From Candidatus Babeliales bacterium (GTDB taxonomy: Bacteria > Babelota > Babeliae > Babelales > Vermiphilaceae), in the NCBI GenBank assembly GCA_044451405.1, contig JBIOKB010000002.1, positions 1 to 39,400 of the forward strand: a stretch of DNA of 39,400 nt, in the 5' to 3' direction. Position 1 is the stretch's first letter. Every line of letters begins with the position of its first letter. Both the position numbers and the translations under genes were made by a program. This document shows positions 17,148 to 27,626 of the stretch, piece by piece. Below the pieces are notes generated by a model. The model did no database searches, was not told the DNA's origin, and was given only the letters and a program-made list of their open reading frames with translations.

Positions 17148-18290
17148 TTATCCTATGAGCTGAGGCAACTCTTTAAGCGTTTGTTCAAAAGGCAGCGCAT
17201 TGATGCGGCCATGGTATTCTTTTTGCTTGCCTAAAAATATAAAGTGTAATTGGGCTTCAGGATAATCATCACCAAAATTTTTAAGACCTTTGAGTGCTTT
17301 GCTATTCACTTGTGAAGAACGTTTTATTTCAAAAGCATGGAACCCGCGTGGGCCATAGATGACAAAGTCAACTTCATCGCCAGCAGAGGTGCGCCAAAAA
17401 TGAATTTTGTAATTCAGTTGATAATAATCATTAACAGCGCTGAGTGATTGGAAAAATAATGTTTCAAGTGCAGCGCCAGCAGACTCTTCTGCTGAATCCA
17501 AGGGTCCCATGGGGCGTAGGGTAGTGTAAATGCCCGCATCAAAAAAATAAAATTTTTGGTGAGCGATAACTTTTCTTTTTGCTCGCTGTGAAAATACGGA
17601 AATTCGTGTACTGAGTAGAAGATCTTCTAAGATATCAAAATAGTTACTAACCATGAGTCTTTTTAATGAAAGTTCACGAGCAATTTCAGAAACATTTAAT
17701 ACTTGTCCTTGTGAGAAACTTGCAGTTTCTAAAAAGCGTGTAAATCCACCAATATTACGGGTTAATCCTTCTTGAGTTACTTCTTCTCGGATATATGTTT
17801 GTACATAACTCTCTAAATATCGTTGAGGATCAGCATGATCTATTACTGCAGGTAATAACCCATATTGGACTGCTTTTTCTAGATTGAATTCAGTACCAAG
17901 TTCTTGGATGATTAATGGGTGCATGGTGTAGCGTAAAGCTCTGCCTGCTAAAAGATTAGTGCCAACTTTGCGTAGGCTACGGGCACTTGACCCGGTAAGG
18001 AGAAACCGAATCTTTTTGCTTTCTATGAGACGATGAACTTCATTAAGAAGCTCAGGTACCCGTTGTACTTCATCAATAACTACCCATCCAGGGTAATTGG
18101 GAGGGATGAAATTTTCTAATCTATTAGGGTTGGCAGCTAAGGTGCTGTAGGTAGAAAAATCTAAGAGGTCTAAATAGATAGAATCGGGAAGATGCTGTTT
18201 TATATATGAGGTTTTACCCGTTCCCCGGGGTCCAAAAAGAAAAATACTGCTTTGGCCATCCAGGGGTAATTTGAGAATTCTGTTAAACAT
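17148..18290 (-). CDS. AAA+ ATPase, AAA_14 + DUF4143 family
   Basis: GPRGTGKT, VVIDEVQ, LLTGSS, LAGRA, KFYFFDAG, FWRT..GDEVDFV...FEIK. Confidence 0.9.
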   Translation of the reverse strand: MFNRILKLPLDGQSSIFLFGPRGTGKTSYIKQHLPDSIYLDLLDFSTYSTLAANPNRLENFIPPNYPGWVVIDEVQRVPELLNEVHRLIESKKIRFLLTGSSARSLRKVGTNLLAGRALRYTMHPLIIQELGTEFNLEKAVQYGLLPAVIDHADPQRYLESYVQTYIREEVTQEGLTRNIGGFTRFLETASFSQGQVLNVSEIARELSLKRLMVSNYFDILEDLLLSTRISVFSQRAKRKVIAHQKFYFFDAGIYTTLRPMGPLDSAEESAGAALETLFFQSLSAVNDYYQLNYKIHFWRTSAGDEVDFVIYGPRGFHAFEIKRSSQVNSKALKGLKNFGDDYPEAQLHFIFLGKQKEYHGRINALPFEQTLKELPQLIG

Positions 18291-18382
18291 ACCATCATTT
18301 TTTCATTAAAATTGTTCATATGACCATCAAATTTACTTATTTTTTGATGATTTCACAATCATTTTTCATGAAAATAGGGGAT

Positions 18383-19699
18383 TTACGTATGGTGCTGGGC
18401 ATCCTGCGCTTTGAAAATAAGTACCTGTAATACTCGTTTAGGGCTCGCCTTTTGTACTTGGAAATAGAAGTTTTTGTACTCGATACGTTCGCCTTTTTTA
18501 GGCAAATGTTGGAGTTGCTCAATTAAAAAGCCGCCGAGGGTTAATGAATTTTCTGAAGTAAAGGTAATATGGAGTATTCCTTGAAGCTCTTCAAGCGGAG
18601 TACTTGCATTAACGAGCCATCCGCCTTGTTTGAGTTGGATAATATCTTCTGAATTAGGTTCATGTTCATCACTAATTTCACCAACAATTTCTTCTAATAC
18701 ATCTTCGAGTGTAATCAGACCAACGATGCTGCCATGTTCATTAAGTACCATGGCAATATGCATATGTTGTTGCCTAAATTCACGTAGTAATTGGTTAACT
18801 TTTACACTTTCAGGAACAAAGAAAATAGGGCGGATTATATCTTGGAGTGGTTTATCCTCATTGCGAATAATAAGAGCAAAAATATCTTTTAAGTGAACCA
18901 TGCCAATAAAGTTGTCTGGTCTACCTTCATAGACTGGCAAGCGGGTGTAGCGGTGTTGTACAAAAATATCAAGGATATCTCGCGTTGATGACGATACGTT
19001 TACTGATACAATATCGGTTGCAGGAACCATAATTTCTTTAACGGGTGTGCGTCCTAAATCAAAAATATTTTGGAGCATTTCTGTTTTTTGGGTATCCATT
19101 AATCCTTTTTCACTGATGTAATCAATAAGAAATTGGATCTCTTTTTCTGATGATACCCATTCAGATCCAGCATCTACCGATTGCTTACCGCCAATTGCAT
19201 GTACTATGAAATCACTTAAGCGCATGAGTGATGTTACGGGGATATAAAAAGCGTAAAAGAGAATATTGGTTATCCAGAGTGTTGAACCAAAAAGACGATC
19301 ACCATAGCTTTTTGCAATATTTTTAGGAATAATTTCACCAAAAATTAAAATGGCGATCGATGCAAGGCCAATGCCGAGTGAAAATCCTAAACTTCCAGAC
19401 CAATTAAGCCGTGCAAAGATGGTTTGTGTAATGTGGGTTGCCAAAGCAGCAGACGTAACATCCGCTAAACTATCAGCAATTAAGATGGTAATCAGTACGC
19501 GGTGCGGCGTTTTTTCAAGTGCCTGTAACAACTTTTGGTACTGATTTGTTGATGCAGCCAGCTCTTTGAGCCTGAAAAGACGTACTGCCGTAATGCTTGT
19601 TTCTAAAAATGAAAACAGAGCACGGGCAATAAGTGCTACACCAAATATAATTAACGATGTATTTAATGAACTACTCAGGGGAAGGCATTCCATATTCAT
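18383..19699 (-). CDS. CNNM/HlyC-CorC family membrane protein (DUF21 + 2 CBS + CorC_HlyC)
   Basis: FSFLETS, LIFGEIIPK, VKEIMVP, YTRLPVY, GLITLEDVLEEIVGEI.DE, TLGGF. Confidence 0.92.
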   Translation of the reverse strand: MNMECLPLSSSLNTSLIIFGVALIARALFSFLETSITAVRLFRLKELAASTNQYQKLLQALEKTPHRVLITILIADSLADVTSAALATHITQTIFARLNWSGSLGFSLGIGLASIAILIFGEIIPKNIAKSYGDRLFGSTLWITNILFYAFYIPVTSLMRLSDFIVHAIGGKQSVDAGSEWVSSEKEIQFLIDYISEKGLMDTQKTEMLQNIFDLGRTPVKEIMVPATDIVSVNVSSSTRDILDIFVQHRYTRLPVYEGRPDNFIGMVHLKDIFALIIRNEDKPLQDIIRPIFFVPESVKVNQLLREFRQQHMHIAMVLNEHGSIVGLITLEDVLEEIVGEISDEHEPNSEDIIQLKQGGWLVNASTPLEELQGILHITFTSENSLTLGGFLIEQLQHLPKKGERIEYKNFYFQVQKASPKRVLQVLIFKAQDAQHHT

Positions 19700-19738
19700 T
19701 ATCCTTTTTTATCACGTATACTACTGGGCGGATATTCC

Positions 19739-21679
19739 TTACTCATCATGCTGCTCCTGTTCATGATCATGTTCATCCACCACACCAAGAGCTTCATCGA
19801 TTTCTTTTTCAAAGAAGGTACGCAGCTTTTTGCTTCGCGATGGATGGCGTAGCTTACGCAACGCTTTGACCTCAATTTGGCGGATACGTTCACGCGTAAC
19901 TGAAAAGTCTTTACCTACTTCTTCTAATGTATGTTCTGAAGCAACATCGATACCAAAACGCATTTTAAGTACTTTTTCTTCTCGGGGAGTTAGTGTTTTA
20001 AGTACTTCACGAACGCGTTCTTTCAAATCATTATTAGCAACAGTATCAGCAGGTGAAAAATCATTTTCACTTTCAATAAAATCTTTTATTGAAGCATCAT
20101 CACTATCACCAACGGGTGTTTCTAATGAAATAGGCTCACGTGAAATTTTAATAATATTTTTCACTTTCTTTTCATCAAGATTGAGCTCTTTTGCAAGTTC
20201 AGCATGGGATGGTTCACGGCCATGTTCTTGAATAAAGGTACGTTTTATTTTGTTTATTTTGTTGAGTGTTTCAACCATGTGTACTGGTACACGAATGGTA
20301 CGTGACTGATCAGCGATAGCCCGGGTAATTGCTTGACGAATCCACCAGGTAGCATAGGTTGAAAATTTATAGCCTCGTTCAAATTCGAATTTCTCAACGG
20401 CTTTCATAAGACCGATGTTACCTTCCTGAATGAGATCCAAGAAGTGAAGCCCACGATTTACATATTTTTTTGCAATGTTAACAACAAGGCGTAAGTTTGC
20501 TTTGGCAAGATCGTCTTTTGCTCGTTTATCTTTTTGCTGCGCTATAATGAGCTGATTATACAATTTAAGTGCTTGGTTGCGTGGCACACCCATTTCAACT
20601 TCAAGCTTTTTAATTGATTTTGATGCAATACGCATAGATCGATCAAGATCTTGGAGCATGACCGTTTCGTCATCAGTCGGTTTTTTAAGCGCCAGATATT
20701 TTTTAAGCTCAGGAAGTGTTTCGTGGATGAACTGCTCTTTTTCTTGAATTTTTTTAATATATTTTTCAAGTTTTTTAGCAAGCTTTTTAATGAGCTTATT
20801 TGAAAGTTTAATGCTTTGGATTGTTTTGCTGATATCTTCTTTATTTTTGCGTACTTTTGTGAGCATTTCCTGCTTTTTGGCATCAGTTGTTAATTTGCCA
20901 CGATAACTGTGATAAATACGCTCCTCATTATCAACAAGCTCTTTAACATTGTTGATTGATTCAAGAAGATTTTTCTTTTCATCTTCAAGCATTGGTAAGT
21001 TTTCTTCGTCAAATTCAGAAAACTGAATAATATCCTTTAACGGAATACTATTTTTTTGTAATTTTTCGCCAATGCTTACGAGTTCTTTATGTATAAAAGG
21101 GAATTGAGAAATAGCTTCAATAGAATCTCTTTTGCTGTTGGCAATTGATGTTGAAATAACTGTTTCAGTCTTTTTATTAAGCAAGGGAATTTTACCAATA
21201 TCACGTAAATAACATTTTACCGCATCAGTAATATGCGCCGCACCACTTGATTCACGTACTTTTTCTTTAGCTTCCTCATCTTCATCCTCATCGTCCTCTT
21301 CTTCTTCATCTTCAAATACTTCAGAGGATAATGAACTTTCAAATTGTTCTTTAAGCTGAATGCGCGGCGATTCTTGTTCTTTTTCTATTTCATCTTCAAG
21401 ATGAGCGCTTCCTTCAAGCTCTTCTTGCATGATTAATTCGATCCCTTCCTTTTCCACCTGGCGCAAGAGATCATTAGTTTCTGCTTCAGCAAGATGGTTT
21501 TTATCGCCAAACTCAATAACTTCTTCGTAGGTGATTACGTTATGACGTTTCCCTTTTTCAATAAACTCTTCAATGAGTTCTTTCTTTAAATCAAGACTTG
21601 GTGCCTCACCTTTTTTATGAGATTTTGTGTCAGGTGTAGGTTTTTTTACTACTGTTTTTTTGGAGGTAAGTTTTTTCAT
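19739..21679 (-). CDS. rpoD: RNA polymerase primary sigma factor
   Basis: Region 1.2 [80 protein letters not shown]. Confidence 0.98.
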   Translation of the reverse strand: MKKLTSKKTVVKKPTPDTKSHKKGEAPSLDLKKELIEEFIEKGKRHNVITYEEVIEFGDKNHLAEAETNDLLRQVEKEGIELIMQEELEGSAHLEDEIEKEQESPRIQLKEQFESSLSSEVFEDEEEEDDEDEDEEAKEKVRESSGAAHITDAVKCYLRDIGKIPLLNKKTETVISTSIANSKRDSIEAISQFPFIHKELVSIGEKLQKNSIPLKDIIQFSEFDEENLPMLEDEKKNLLESINNVKELVDNEERIYHSYRGKLTTDAKKQEMLTKVRKNKEDISKTIQSIKLSNKLIKKLAKKLEKYIKKIQEKEQFIHETLPELKKYLALKKPTDDETVMLQDLDRSMRIASKSIKKLEVEMGVPRNQALKLYNQLIIAQQKDKRAKDDLAKANLRLVVNIAKKYVNRGLHFLDLIQEGNIGLMKAVEKFEFERGYKFSTYATWWIRQAITRAIADQSRTIRVPVHMVETLNKINKIKRTFIQEHGREPSHAELAKELNLDEKKVKNIIKISREPISLETPVGDSDDASIKDFIESENDFSPADTVANNDLKERVREVLKTLTPREEKVLKMRFGIDVASEHTLEEVGKDFSVTRERIRQIEVKALRKLRHPSRSKKLRTFFEKEIDEALGVVDEHDHEQEQHDE

Positions 21680-23482
21680 TTATCGTCCCCTGGTCTCTAA
21701 GAGATCTTTATGTAACATCTTTTTTTTCAACTCTAAAAAGTCATGCAATATCTTTTCAACGGTTGGATGGTCACCCTGGCTGCGCGCATGAGCAAGCTTC
21801 ATTTTTATATCATTAACAATTGTTTTCCAATTTTTTTTCTGTATATGCAGTAAGAGTTGCTCAAAGTCTTTTTGATGGGATGTTTCTTCAGTGCCTCCAA
21901 ACTCTGATAAAATCTTGCTCACATACATTTGGCTGTTCGGTGTAAGCATGTCAAAAAACTTAATAAAATCGAGTGACGGATATTCGCGTTTCGCGTCTTT
22001 AAGAATACATAAGAGCGATTTTATTAAGTCATTGTTAAGGTAGGTAAGCAGGTACTCTTCATTTTCTTTATTCAATAATTGCATATTGTTCATTATAGCA
22101 GAAAAAATTTTCTTTTCTAGCTCAGGGGCATTGTCTTCAGGGGATACTACAGGCGGGTCAGGGAGGGTTATAGGGGTATTTTCAGAAGATATCTGTATGT
22201 GAGTCTTAGATTGTATTTTAAGCTCCTGTTTTATGGATTCAACAGGTATATCAAGCACTTTTGATGCTTTTTGTAATAAAATATCTCGCTTGAGTGGCTC
22301 TTCAATACGCTGGATAATCGCTATAATCTTGCGGGTTGCCTGGAGCTTATCACTCAGTGATTTAGCGGCAAAATTGGTACCCAGGCTGATGATGAAATAT
22401 TCAAAAATATCCAGAGCCTTATTGGTTAAAGTGCGTATGTCTCCCCCCTTGTCTAAAAACGAGGCGGGGTCTTCTTTTGGTGGTAATTGAAGAACGGATA
22501 AATCCATATTTACGTGCCAGCAGAGTTCCGTCAGCCTGAGCATGGCATCTTGCCCTGCTTTATCCCCGTCAAAGGCTACCATGACCCGCTGGGCGTAGCG
22601 GGATAGTGCTTGTAAATGCTCAACAGTACATGCGGTTCCTAAGGTTGCTACCGTATTGGTAAAGCCATGTTGAACCATGGCAACACAATCGGTATACCCC
22701 TCTACTAAAAAGACTACCTCTGATGATTGGATACTTTTTTTTGCAGCATCAAGGCCAAAAAGAAGCGACCCTTTGGTAAAGTATTCATTTTCCCGAGAAT
22801 TGTAATATTTTGCTCGTTCATCATGGGGTTTAAAGATGCGTCCACCAAATCCACAAAATCTGCCTAAATGATCCTTGATGGGAAATATAATACGTTCTTC
22901 AAAGGGAGAATACATAACCGTTTTGCCCTGGGCTATCAAATGTGCTTTTACTAGATCATCAGGTAAAAAATTATGGGAGCGCATAAAATTCATATACGAA
23001 CGCATGTGGGCAAGGCCGCCGGGGAAATAGCCGATGGTGAAATAATCAATAGATGCAGGAGTGATAGAGCGCTCGTGTGTTACATACTTGAGAACAGAAG
23101 GATTTTTTTTAAGTTGTTCATGGCACCATTGAGCAAACAAAGTACACAGCGCGGTATACACATTTTTCTCTTCACCGCTTGTATGCCAATCGGTTGAAAG
23201 ATTGTCTGGTATAGCTAGTTGGTAGCGGTCAACTAAATGTTTTGCTGCTTCCATCGGTGTGCAATGTTCAGCTTTACTGATAAATGTTATAACATCGCCA
23301 CCAGTATGACAGCCAAAACAATAAAAAATTTCCTTGTGAGGACTTACGGTGAATGATGCTGTTTTTTCATTATGGAAAGGACAGTTTCCCTTCCAATAAA
23401 TGCCTGCTTTTTTAAGTTTGGCATATTCGCTAATGACATCCAAAATAGTAAGTTGCCCTTTAATATAACTAAAAAGGTTCAT
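21680..23482 (-). CDS. dnaG: DNA primase
   Basis: CPFHNEKTASF...CFGC zinc finger, FGGR, KYYNS, VEGYTD, TOPRIM FDGDKAG; stop codon abuts the rpoD start. Confidence 0.97.
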   Translation of the reverse strand: MNLFSYIKGQLTILDVISEYAKLKKAGIYWKGNCPFHNEKTASFTVSPHKEIFYCFGCHTGGDVITFISKAEHCTPMEAAKHLVDRYQLAIPDNLSTDWHTSGEEKNVYTALCTLFAQWCHEQLKKNPSVLKYVTHERSITPASIDYFTIGYFPGGLAHMRSYMNFMRSHNFLPDDLVKAHLIAQGKTVMYSPFEERIIFPIKDHLGRFCGFGGRIFKPHDERAKYYNSRENEYFTKGSLLFGLDAAKKSIQSSEVVFLVEGYTDCVAMVQHGFTNTVATLGTACTVEHLQALSRYAQRVMVAFDGDKAGQDAMLRLTELCWHVNMDLSVLQLPPKEDPASFLDKGGDIRTLTNKALDIFEYFIISLGTNFAAKSLSDKLQATRKIIAIIQRIEEPLKRDILLQKASKVLDIPVESIKQELKIQSKTHIQISSENTPITLPDPPVVSPEDNAPELEKKIFSAIMNNMQLLNKENEEYLLTYLNNDLIKSLLCILKDAKREYPSLDFIKFFDMLTPNSQMYVSKILSEFGGTEETSHQKDFEQLLLHIQKKNWKTIVNDIKMKLAHARSQGDHPTVEKILHDFLELKKKMLHKDLLETRGR

Positions 23483-24248
23483 TTTTTAGCTGTCGATAGA
23501 TAAATAGAGTTGCAGCAGATATGGCCAAGCTGAGCGCAATCCACTGATAAAGGGACAATATATTGAGCAGTGGTATTGATAAAAATTCTTGATCGTCTCG
23601 TAGAAAATCGATACAACATCGTTCAATGCCTGCACAGGTCAAATACAACAAGAACAATTGTCCCGGTTTTTTAGCAAGTGTTGGCCGCAGTTTATAGAGC
23701 AGCACAAAAATGCCGGTCAGCAGTATCGAGCTGTATACTTGTACCGGATGCAATGCTACATGCAGTGGTGCTACAACATCAGGGTTGGTATACACAATTG
23801 CCCAGGGTAACGAGGTTGGTTTGCCAAAACAGCAACCAACAAAAAGACAGCCAAAACGTGAAATTGCTTGCAGTAGCGGTGCATAGAGAGAAAAAAGATC
23901 GAGCGAGCGCACTATAGGAATGTTGAAATAATAAAAATAGCAGGGTAAAAAAAGCGCAAGACCAATAATAGCGCCAAGGACGGTAAAGCCGCTATCCCAT
24001 ATTTTAAAAAAATCAGTCCAGTGACTGGTATTATCCCAACTGCCCAGAACACAGACTATGCGTGCACAGAGCACGCCAACACCGGTTCCTATGAGTATCA
24101 CATCAATGAGCTGTTCACCCGTCATAATTGTTTTGCGTACCGGATCTCTATATACAAGCCAGGTAAATACCGCAATGCCGATAGCAATTGTTAAGCCAAA
24201 GCCATTAATAGAAAGGGGACCATAGATATGCAATAGTTCAGGACTCAT
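23469..24248 (-). CDS. lgt: Prolipoprotein diacylglyceryl transferase (divergent)
   Basis: Multi-TM; QAISRFGCLFVGCCFGKPTSLPWA, HPVQVY, ERCCIDFLR. Confidence 0.85.
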   Translation of the reverse strand: MSPELLHIYGPLSINGFGLTIAIGIAVFTWLVYRDPVRKTIMTGEQLIDVILIGTGVGVLCARIVCVLGSWDNTSHWTDFFKIWDSGFTVLGAIIGLALFLPCYFYYFNIPIVRSLDLFSLYAPLLQAISRFGCLFVGCCFGKPTSLPWAIVYTNPDVVAPLHVALHPVQVYSSILLTGIFVLLYKLRPTLAKKPGQLFLLYLTCAGIERCCIDFLRDDQEFLSIPLLNILSLYQWIALSLAISAATLFIYRQLKNEPF

Positions 24249-24266
24249 AACGATAATTTCCTCGGG

Positions 24267-24866
24267 TTATTTTTTTTGGTCTGGGAGATCTTCTATTTTA
24301 ATAAATTTTACGCCATCGATGTTTTTTATGAGCACCTGTGAATCTTTTTTCCAGTTAAACATAAGTTCAACGGTATCAGCTGTTGGTGGAATTTTAAAGG
24401 TGCAGCGTCGTGTGCCTTTTCCTTTATTTCTCCAGACGTGGTTAAATTCATAGCGGAAGACAATGTCCAATGTATCACCTTTAATGGTTGCTTTCACCGT
24501 CTTAATTTTATTTTCTTTTACTTCTTTTCTATTAACAAGCTCTTGTCCATTAATAAAAATTTTAAATTCTTTATCAGGGTAGTGTTTACCAAATTTTTTG
24601 TAGCCAAGCATCTCATTGGTGATTTTGCTTTTTACAGTGATGGTGCGGGAAGTAGCAGATTGTTTTGATGTGTTTGTTGTTTTAGGGGTAGCATTATTAG
24701 AGGCAAGCTTTTGTGTATCACGTGATTTTGGCATGCAATTTTTTTGTGAAGTGCAGGAGGCAGCTGTTTTTTTTGCGTCTTTAATTGCAGCAGATGGTGC
24801 GCATGCAACATTACAAACTTGTACTACCATGCAATACAAAACAAATCTTATTAATACTGTGTACAT
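24267..24866 (-). CDS. Hypothetical exported basic protein
   Basis: AGGAG 5 nt before ATG 24866; hydrophobic N-terminus, Lys/Thr/Ser-rich linker, beta-rich C-terminal domain. Confidence 0.7.
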   Translation of the reverse strand: MYTVLIRFVLYCMVVQVCNVACAPSAAIKDAKKTAASCTSQKNCMPKSRDTQKLASNNATPKTTNTSKQSATSRTITVKSKITNEMLGYKKFGKHYPDKEFKIFINGQELVNRKEVKENKIKTVKATIKGDTLDIVFRYEFNHVWRNKGKGTRRCTFKIPPTADTVELMFNWKKDSQVLIKNIDGVKFIKIEDLPDQKK

Positions 24867-24942
24867 AAACACTCCTGTCGTGTGAGATGGGGTAATGACA
24901 CATTAACTATACAATAGTTTCTGTCATTACAGAAGGATGTGA

Positions 24943-26760
24943 TTACGTTCGTAACTGCCCAGTCAGTTCACGTGTTTTAAAAATAAGAATGGAAATTGCT
25001 GCCGGCGTAATGCCGGGAATGAGTGCAGCTTGTGCTACCGTTGCAGGTTTGTGTTTAATAAGTTTTTCCTGCAACTCTTTTGATAAGCCGGGAATAGTGC
25101 GGTAATCGAGCGTTTCAGGAAGTGCAAGGTTGCGATAGGTTTCTGTCTTTTGTGCTTCTTGTTCTTCCCGTTTTATGTATGGCTCATAGCGTACGTTAGC
25201 GTAAATGGTTAAGATGTTGCGCTCGCTTAACGGCTGTTGCACGTGGGATGTAATAGCATCCACATTACATTCAAATTCACCAAAGAGTTTTAATAATTGC
25301 GTATTGGTGTGCCCAGCGCGTAAATCACGCATTGCTTGTTCTAGGATATCTTTTTCTTGTTTAAAATCCGCATATAAATTTTGATCAATTAAGCCTAAGT
25401 TGTAGGCACGATCAGTTAAGCGTAAAAATACGTTATCTTGGCGAAGTAACAGGCGCCGTTCAGCGCGTGAGGTGAACATGCGATATGGTTCATCAACACT
25501 TAAGGTGACCAGATCGTCAATCATAATGCCTATGTAACTTTCCGTGCGGCTTAAGATAAATGGTTCTTTATTATGTACTTTTAAGTGTGCGTTAATACCC
25601 GCGATAATTCCTTGTCCTGCTGCTTCTTCATATCCAGTAGTGCCATTAATTTGTCCTGCTAAAAAAAGACCCGGAATTTTTTTAACTTCTAATGAATGAT
25701 GCAGTTGGTTAGGGAGTACAAAATCATATTCAATGGCATAGCCGGGACGCGTAATAATTGCCTGTTCAAATCCAACAATAGTGCGGATGTACTCTTTTTG
25801 TATGGTGTACGGTAACGAAGTTGAAATACCATTGGGATACACTTCTTCCGTTGATGCACCTTCTGGTTCAACAAAAACATGGTGTGAGTCTTTGTCAGGA
25901 AAGCGAGCAACTTTATCTTCAATTGATGGACAGTAGCGCGGGCCGATGCCATGAATGTTGCCGCTGTACATAGCTGAAAGATGTAAATTTTTTTTAATAA
26001 CTTCGTGGGTATGTTTGTTGGTATAGGCAATGTAACAGGTATGTGAACTTTCAACGTTGTGTGGATAAAACTCAAAGAGATAATTCAAATTATCTGGTTT
26101 TTGAAAATCGAGTTTTGAAAAATCGATTGATGAGCGTGCAAGGCGTGGTGGCGTACCCGTTTTTAAACGTCCCATAACAACACCATGTGATTGTAAAAAA
26201 TCAGATAGATCAATTGATGCTTCTTCGCCTTGGCGACCGGATGAATAGTTGGTAGTTCCAATATGTACACGGCCATTTAAGAACGTGCCGGTTGTTAATA
26301 CAACTGCCTGAGCTAAAAATTCTGCTCCATCACGGGTGCGTACGCCACAGAGACGGTTACTATCATCAAAGAGAATTTCTTCTACCATGCCCATGCGCAA
26401 GGTGAGGTTCTCCATTTTTTCGAGTACCTGTTTTGCCAGCTGGTTATAGGCATATTTATCAATTTGCAGGCGTAGGCCCTGAACAGCCGGCCCTTTTTTG
26501 GTATTGAGCATCCGTGCTTGCAGATAGGTTTTACTACAGAGCTTGGGCATAAGGCCACCGAGCGCGCTAATTTCATATACAATGTGCCCCTTACCTACAC
26601 CACCAATAGCGGGGTTGCAGGGCATGAGCCCTATTTTATCAAGATGTAAGGTGATCAGGAGGGTTTTAGAACCCATCTTGGCTGCTGCATAAGCAGCTTC
26701 GATGCCGGCATGGCCGCCACCGACAACAATTACATCAAAATCATAGGTAGTTGAGTTCAT
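24943..26760 (-). CDS. mnmG: tRNA uridine-5-carboxymethylaminomethyl modification enzyme
   Basis: VVGGGHAGIEAA, MPCNPAIGG, RLKTGTPPR, GPRYCPSIEDK, AGQINGTTGYEEAAGQG, EPYRMFTSRAE. Confidence 0.98.
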   Translation of the reverse strand: MNSTTYDFDVIVVGGGHAGIEAAYAAAKMGSKTLLITLHLDKIGLMPCNPAIGGVGKGHIVYEISALGGLMPKLCSKTYLQARMLNTKKGPAVQGLRLQIDKYAYNQLAKQVLEKMENLTLRMGMVEEILFDDSNRLCGVRTRDGAEFLAQAVVLTTGTFLNGRVHIGTTNYSSGRQGEEASIDLSDFLQSHGVVMGRLKTGTPPRLARSSIDFSKLDFQKPDNLNYLFEFYPHNVESSHTCYIAYTNKHTHEVIKKNLHLSAMYSGNIHGIGPRYCPSIEDKVARFPDKDSHHVFVEPEGASTEEVYPNGISTSLPYTIQKEYIRTIVGFEQAIITRPGYAIEYDFVLPNQLHHSLEVKKIPGLFLAGQINGTTGYEEAAGQGIIAGINAHLKVHNKEPFILSRTESYIGIMIDDLVTLSVDEPYRMFTSRAERRLLLRQDNVFLRLTDRAYNLGLIDQNLYADFKQEKDILEQAMRDLRAGHTNTQLLKLFGEFECNVDAITSHVQQPLSERNILTIYANVRYEPYIKREEQEAQKTETYRNLALPETLDYRTIPGLSKELQEKLIKHKPATVAQAALIPGITPAAISILIFKTRELTGQLRT

Positions 26761-26788
26761 GGTATGGTTTTTTAAGGGTAGTAGTAAG

Positions 26789-26822
26789 AAAAAGGCCCAG
26801 GGATAGTGTCCCTAGGCCTTTT
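26789..26822 (-). terminator. Intrinsic terminator-like hairpin upstream of mnmG
   Basis: Minus strand GGCCTAGGGA-CACTA-TCCCTGGGCC (one U-G pair) followed by TTTTTCTT. Confidence 0.75.
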
Positions 26823-26934
26823 AGTTTACTGTATTAGGCTGTGCCAATCAAGATGAAACTCCATTTCCCCTACACATACGTTTAAGGGATGTGTGATACG
26901 AATATGTATCATGAGAAGAATTAATCACGAGTGT

Positions 26935-27420
26935 TTACGCAGAAATAAATTCGTTTTTGTAAGGATCAAGTTGTTTTTTTGCCACTAAGCCGCGTGTTGT
27001 AGGATTGAGGCCACTTATGTTCTTAAGAATTGCTATCACCTTTGCAAGGGTATCGATTGCAAGTCTAAGCTGACCATATTCATGCGCACAGTTTTCTACG
27101 TGTGCCATAGGAGTTTCTACATCTCGTTTGAAATCTACAAATTCTTTGCAAATTTGATTGACGGTATGAGTATACGTGCTCTGATCAACCCTGCATTCCA
27201 GGTTGCTCTTTGCGGTGTGCAATAAAGCGGTGAGTCTTTCTTTAGATTGTCTTGCAGTATTAGCAAGATCATTACGTTGAGCATTTTCTAGCGCTGTTAT
27301 TACGTCAGCCATGATTTTATTCATGTTAGCATGTGACATAGTAGTCATAGTACCACCAACGATAAGACAGGTTAGTAATCCAAGGTGCATGAATCGCTGT
27401 TTCAATAGTTCAATCTTCAT
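26935..27420 (-). CDS. Hypothetical exported helical protein
   Basis: 161-aa ORF with signal-like segment ending SHA; no family recognised. Confidence 0.65.
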   Translation of the reverse strand: MKIELLKQRFMHLGLLTCLIVGGTMTTMSHANMNKIMADVITALENAQRNDLANTARQSKERLTALLHTAKSNLECRVDQSTYTHTVNQICKEFVDFKRDVETPMAHVENCAHEYGQLRLAIDTLAKVIAILKNISGLNPTTRGLVAKKQLDPYKNEFISA

Positions 27421-27626
27421 AATTAAGCCTTTGTGTTAAAGGTTTTAGATTGCAATACAAAAATTCATCTTGATAATAACAAGTTTAAAGATAGGAATTC
27501 TAGAGTCAAATGGGGGGGTATTATGTTGATTAAATGGGATTAACCGATACACTACACCCTACCAGGTAATTGCCAAAAAATATAGTAATTGGATCGCCAA
27601 CACCTCTTTTTAGGATCAAATATCCC

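Noticed and set aside
19848-19855. CGTAGCTT match to the repeat arm inside rpoD
   Set aside because: Lies in the universally conserved RKLRHP coding motif and has no partner arm
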